A stretch of 64,000 bases of DNA from Tubulanus polymorphus. Taxonomy: Eukaryota > Animalia > Nemertea. Below, piece after piece: positions 60,150 through 64,000 of the stretch; the stretch's first letter is position 1; each line of letters begins with the position of its first letter. Below the pieces are notes generated by a model. That model did not search any database. It saw only the letters and a program-made list of their open reading frames with translations, and was not told where the DNA came from. Location: positions 868,001-932,000 of the forward strand of contig NC_134034.1 of assembly GCF_964204645.1 (NCBI RefSeq), read 5' to 3'. Both the position numbers and the translations under genes were made by a program.

Positions 60150-60335
60150 ATGTGGAACTGAGTCCAGAACTGTGGAACTGGGGCGAGAACTGTGGAACTG
60201 GGTTCAGGACTGTGGAACTGGATACAGAACTGTGGAACTGGGTCACAGAACTGTGGAACTGGGTACAGAACTGTGGAACTGGGTCACAGAACTGTGGATC
60301 TTGGTCCTAAACTGTGAAACTGAGTCCAGAACTGA
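60150..60335. repeat. 20-bp minisatellite
   Basis: AGAACTGTGGAACTGGGT(C/A)C units resembling the MITE TIR end. Confidence 0.9.
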
Positions 60336-62764
60336 ATTCTTTTTAAAACCATTGATGATAGTTTCCTAGCCTGATCTGCAGTGTAATTAAGTAGTTTAAA
60401 CGAGCAGTGAGTCATTATACAATAACGACTTTCATGCCGGATTTTATAAACGATAAATAGTTTTATCGCTGTATCAATCAAACCAATGTTTGCTTCCTGT
60501 TTTTGTTCGGCCATAAATAGAGAATAATAGAGAATTCGGTGAATTCTATTTTCGACCGAGAAAATTTCCACCCGCACGTTATTAATATCGCTCGACGTCC
60601 GTTAATGATCGCGAAAAACAGAAAAACCCTGAAACTTTTAAAGAATTGTTTTGTTTCGCTCATAAAACGTACACGCGTCAAGCGAAGAGATTTTATACTC
60701 GTTGAAAAAGAAATTATTTTCGCTTTTTATCTTTTTGGTTGTTTTACTTAAACGCCAAATGGGATTCTCTTGCAATCGGTATTATCGTCGCTCTTATCCT
60801 AATCTGTTTGATTGATAAACTTCGCCAACTCAGATTTTTAACTAACTTTTAGACAAAATCTTTCTCTAACTACCTGACGTATTGTACTATCCCTCGCTCG
60901 GACACTGCCGTTTATACCTGACGTCTCAGTTTGTCCAAGTCAATTGCGATGATTTCGAAATCGGAAATCGAAGTACAGATATCAGAATTTCTTGTTTAAA
61001 GGAAGCGGTAGATTTTATTAAAGAGCCTTCAGCTATTTATCAAAAAAGGCAAACGTAATTTTGACTGTTCAAATGAAGGGTGGCTCCGATGAGCTATGAA
61101 ATGTAATAAATGTATACTTTTTGCCGTTTTAATCTAAACCGCTGGCAAGAAATTGGCCATTTTGGTTAGGTTTGAACTGACTAGCCTGTGATATAGAATT
61201 ATCCAGGCTACCCGTCTGTTGGCTGTGGTCTGTATCACTGATATTCCATTGTTTTGTAAACCAGGAAAATATTTTCAATATTTAGAGAAAAAAAACCCGA
61301 TCGGTAACGTTTTTCGGAAAGTAACGCAGAAGTTATTGCGGTTGAATTCCACGAGGGATTGTTATCTGTTTTATTCAAGAATTGCAACATAACGGAATTT
61401 TCCGAGGTCCCATCAGCTCGGGTACACGTGGAGTTCTACTACGAGAACTTACCCTGGCAAGCAGCCATTAAACACTTGACATACCTGAGAACAGATAACG
61501 GCGCGGGAATGAATATAGCATAATAGTTTGTTGCTCGCGTCTGTTCGATACGAGACCCGGTTTTAGCGGTTTCGATTTAAAGTAGGATTGGTTTTATTGC
61601 CAATCGAAATTTCAGAAAAGTATTTTATCACTGACACTAAGGTTCCATCTAGAATTCCCCGGTGAACAATTCCAGGAGAAGATTTCACAGTTATCGAAAT
61701 TGCGTTGAGATCGCTCTTTACGCATGTTGAATTCTCGAGCCAAATTCCGCAGTTAATCGGTTAATCTATAACACTATAAACCTTAAAAAAATGTGAATGA
61801 ACTGATTTAAAGACACCTTCCCAGGGAGCTGTGCTACTGGGGTCTGATTCACTCCCGGGATGGTTAGGGCGGGTTTATAGGAATCTTCTATAGGAATCTT
61901 ATATAGGAGAGTACCTGGAGATAGGAATGGGCACTTAATTTGAAAAGGGCAGATTTTTTTTTGAAAATGTGAGGGCTGCAAGGACGATATTTGATGTGGG
62001 CTTCTGGTGGCCCTCCCACCGAAATATTAGTGTTGCTTTTTGCTCTGGGTTGCTTTTTATTTTCATTTTTACGACCTATTTGGATTTATTCGTTGTCCTT
62101 GCCAGACTTTTTAGAAGGAACATTCGAATTTTGAAGGGGTTTGGACTAGTCCACCCGGTCACCCTCCTATATCTACCCTTGGGGGTTACAGAGAGCAAAC
62201 ACCGAACTATAGCCTTGGAATGATAAGAGGGAATGGAAAAGGGAGGGGGTGGGGTGAAGGGAGGGGGCGAACATCAAGCGACGACGCATCGCGATAAAAA
62301 TATTTTGAAGGGTTTCTATCTTCCCGCATCTTTCCCACCCGCCAACCCGTCGGCATCAGACGGGTTGGCGCTGCTCGATAAGGCTTCCCTAAAAAGTTCT
62401 GACATTTCAATAAAAGTCGTGGCTTTTTGTGCGACATTTAACTCGAATTATAATGTTTTTCGAGACCAGAAATAAAAATCTGGCGGTTCCTGAATCGACG
62501 ATGAAAGTCAGTGCGCGATCGAAGATAACGATCAGCAGGATTTATTTATACTCCGCTATTACTTGTTATAATCGGTTAAACGCTGTTTGTTACAACTCTA
62601 GGAGTAGTAATCGGTTAAACGTTACTCTAGGAGTAGTAACCGTAAATAAACTATAGAAAAAAACTAGAAATAGTAGCAGTAAAAATAGCGGCATCAGTTT
62701 ATAACGGGTAACAGAACCGCATTTTTATATGAACCATCTTTTATAAACAAGTCAGATTTATTAT

Positions 62765-63380
62765 GATGTCTTTTATGAACAGATTAAAGATAATATTATG
62801 ATGTCATAGGGGGATCTATGGGAGACGGACTTATTTTCTAGAAGTACCTTTTCAGATCTTTGATGATGTCATAGAGGGTGTATAGAGGCAGACTTATTTT
62901 CTAGAAGTGTCTATAGATCTAATCACTAAAAGACAATTTGATGATGTCATAGGGGGATTTATGAAGGCAGACACTAGAAGTGCCTATAGATCAAATCACT
63001 AGTAGACAACTTGATGATGTCATAGGGGGATTTATGGAGGCAGACATCTTTTCTGGAAGTGTCTATAGATCAAATCACTAGTAGACAATTTGATGATGTC
63101 ATAGGGGGATTTATGAAGGCAGACACTAGTAGGGTCTATAGATCAAATCACTAGTAGACAATTTGATGATGTCATAGGGGGATTTATGGAGGCAGCCATC
63201 TTTTCTAGAAGTGTCTATAGATCTAATCACTAATAGACAATTTGATGATGTCATAGGGGGATTTATGAAGGCAGACACTACAAGTGTCTATAGATCAAAT
63301 CACTAGTAGACAATGTGATGATGTCATAGGGGGATTTATGGAGGCAGACATCTTTTCTGGAAGTGTCTGTAGATCGAATC
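62765..63380. repeat. Satellite with alternating ~66/~77-bp monomers
   Basis: TGATGATGTCATAGGGGGATTTATG(A/G)AGGCAGAC...GTCTATAGATCAAATCACTAGTAGACAAT repeated, with short and long variants alternating. Confidence 0.85.
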
Positions 63381-63947
63381 GTGAAGCAGTGGTGGCAAGC
63401 TGTTGACTTTCTACAGGTTTCTACAAGTCTGTATTTATACCAGTTAAACATGAATCTATTTTTTCCCTTTCGATTTTAATTAAATTCAAACAATCGATTC
63501 TTCTCACACTTGACCGACCTCAATTCAACAACGCGCGATCATTATTTCAATTCAATTCATATTAAAGTTTTATTTTACTGTCAACATTAATTTAATTCAT
63601 GTACCGTAAACATAAACCTTCGTTTTATCGAGTTTAAAGTTAGTGAAATATGTTTGAAATATTCCGGAAAATTCTTGACATGATTTCAAAGTGACATTTG
63701 GCGGTCAATTGTTGTAGGATAGCAGTACAAACTTCAAACACACACGTTCAATACGTGGAGATTGCTTGAAAAAATGACATTCTTTCAAGCAATAGTTAAA
63801 ACGTTATTCGCCATGCTCGTGGCCAAAAAACCCTGATATTTTTCCAAGTGGCTTTTGCCCTTTTCGTGGCTTGATTTGGACCTGCCCTTGAAAATCCTGG
63901 CCACGTTCATGCAACCTACGTATTTGTATCTGAGTTAAAAAAACAGA

Positions 63948-64000
63948 ACTGGGTCCAGTTTCACGAAAAAGTTTAAGTCTTAAAACGGTTAAGTTTGAAT
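63948..64000. mobile_element. MITE end (CTGGGTCCAGTTTCACGAAAAAGTTTAAG...), truncated by the window edge
   Basis: Related elements at ~1085-1222 and ~32085-32220. Confidence 0.65.

Overview
Eukaryotic, AT-rich, intron-containing genomic DNA from an invertebrate animal. The gene families suggest a marine lophotrochozoan; this is an inference and the species cannot be determined. Gene models were built by hand from GT-AG splice sites with phase checks. In order: RBM45 exon 1 (-); a single-exon signal-anchor protein ending in SDEL (-); a 13-exon divergent ionotropic glutamate receptor (-) with an ankyrin/TRPV-like channel gene (+) inside its largest intron; a 7-exon M6PR/ATG27-like receptor (-) with an intronless class A GPCR nested on the same strand; a PAN/C-type lectin (-); two tandem EF-hand paralogs (-); a TMC channel of at least 14 exons (+); and a spliced gene (-) for a stand-alone DUF917 protein of bacterial type, followed by about 15 kb with no recognisable coding sequence. 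Main highlights: (1) the DUF917 gene is a candidate domesticated horizontal transfer with a Ser/Pro-rich insertion and several candidate promoters; (2) several minisatellites sit exactly on splice sites and stop codons of the TMC and DUF917 genes; (3) a TRP intron is flanked by a 12-bp direct repeat, a possible recent intron gain; (4) two fold-back elements have tRNA-like arms.
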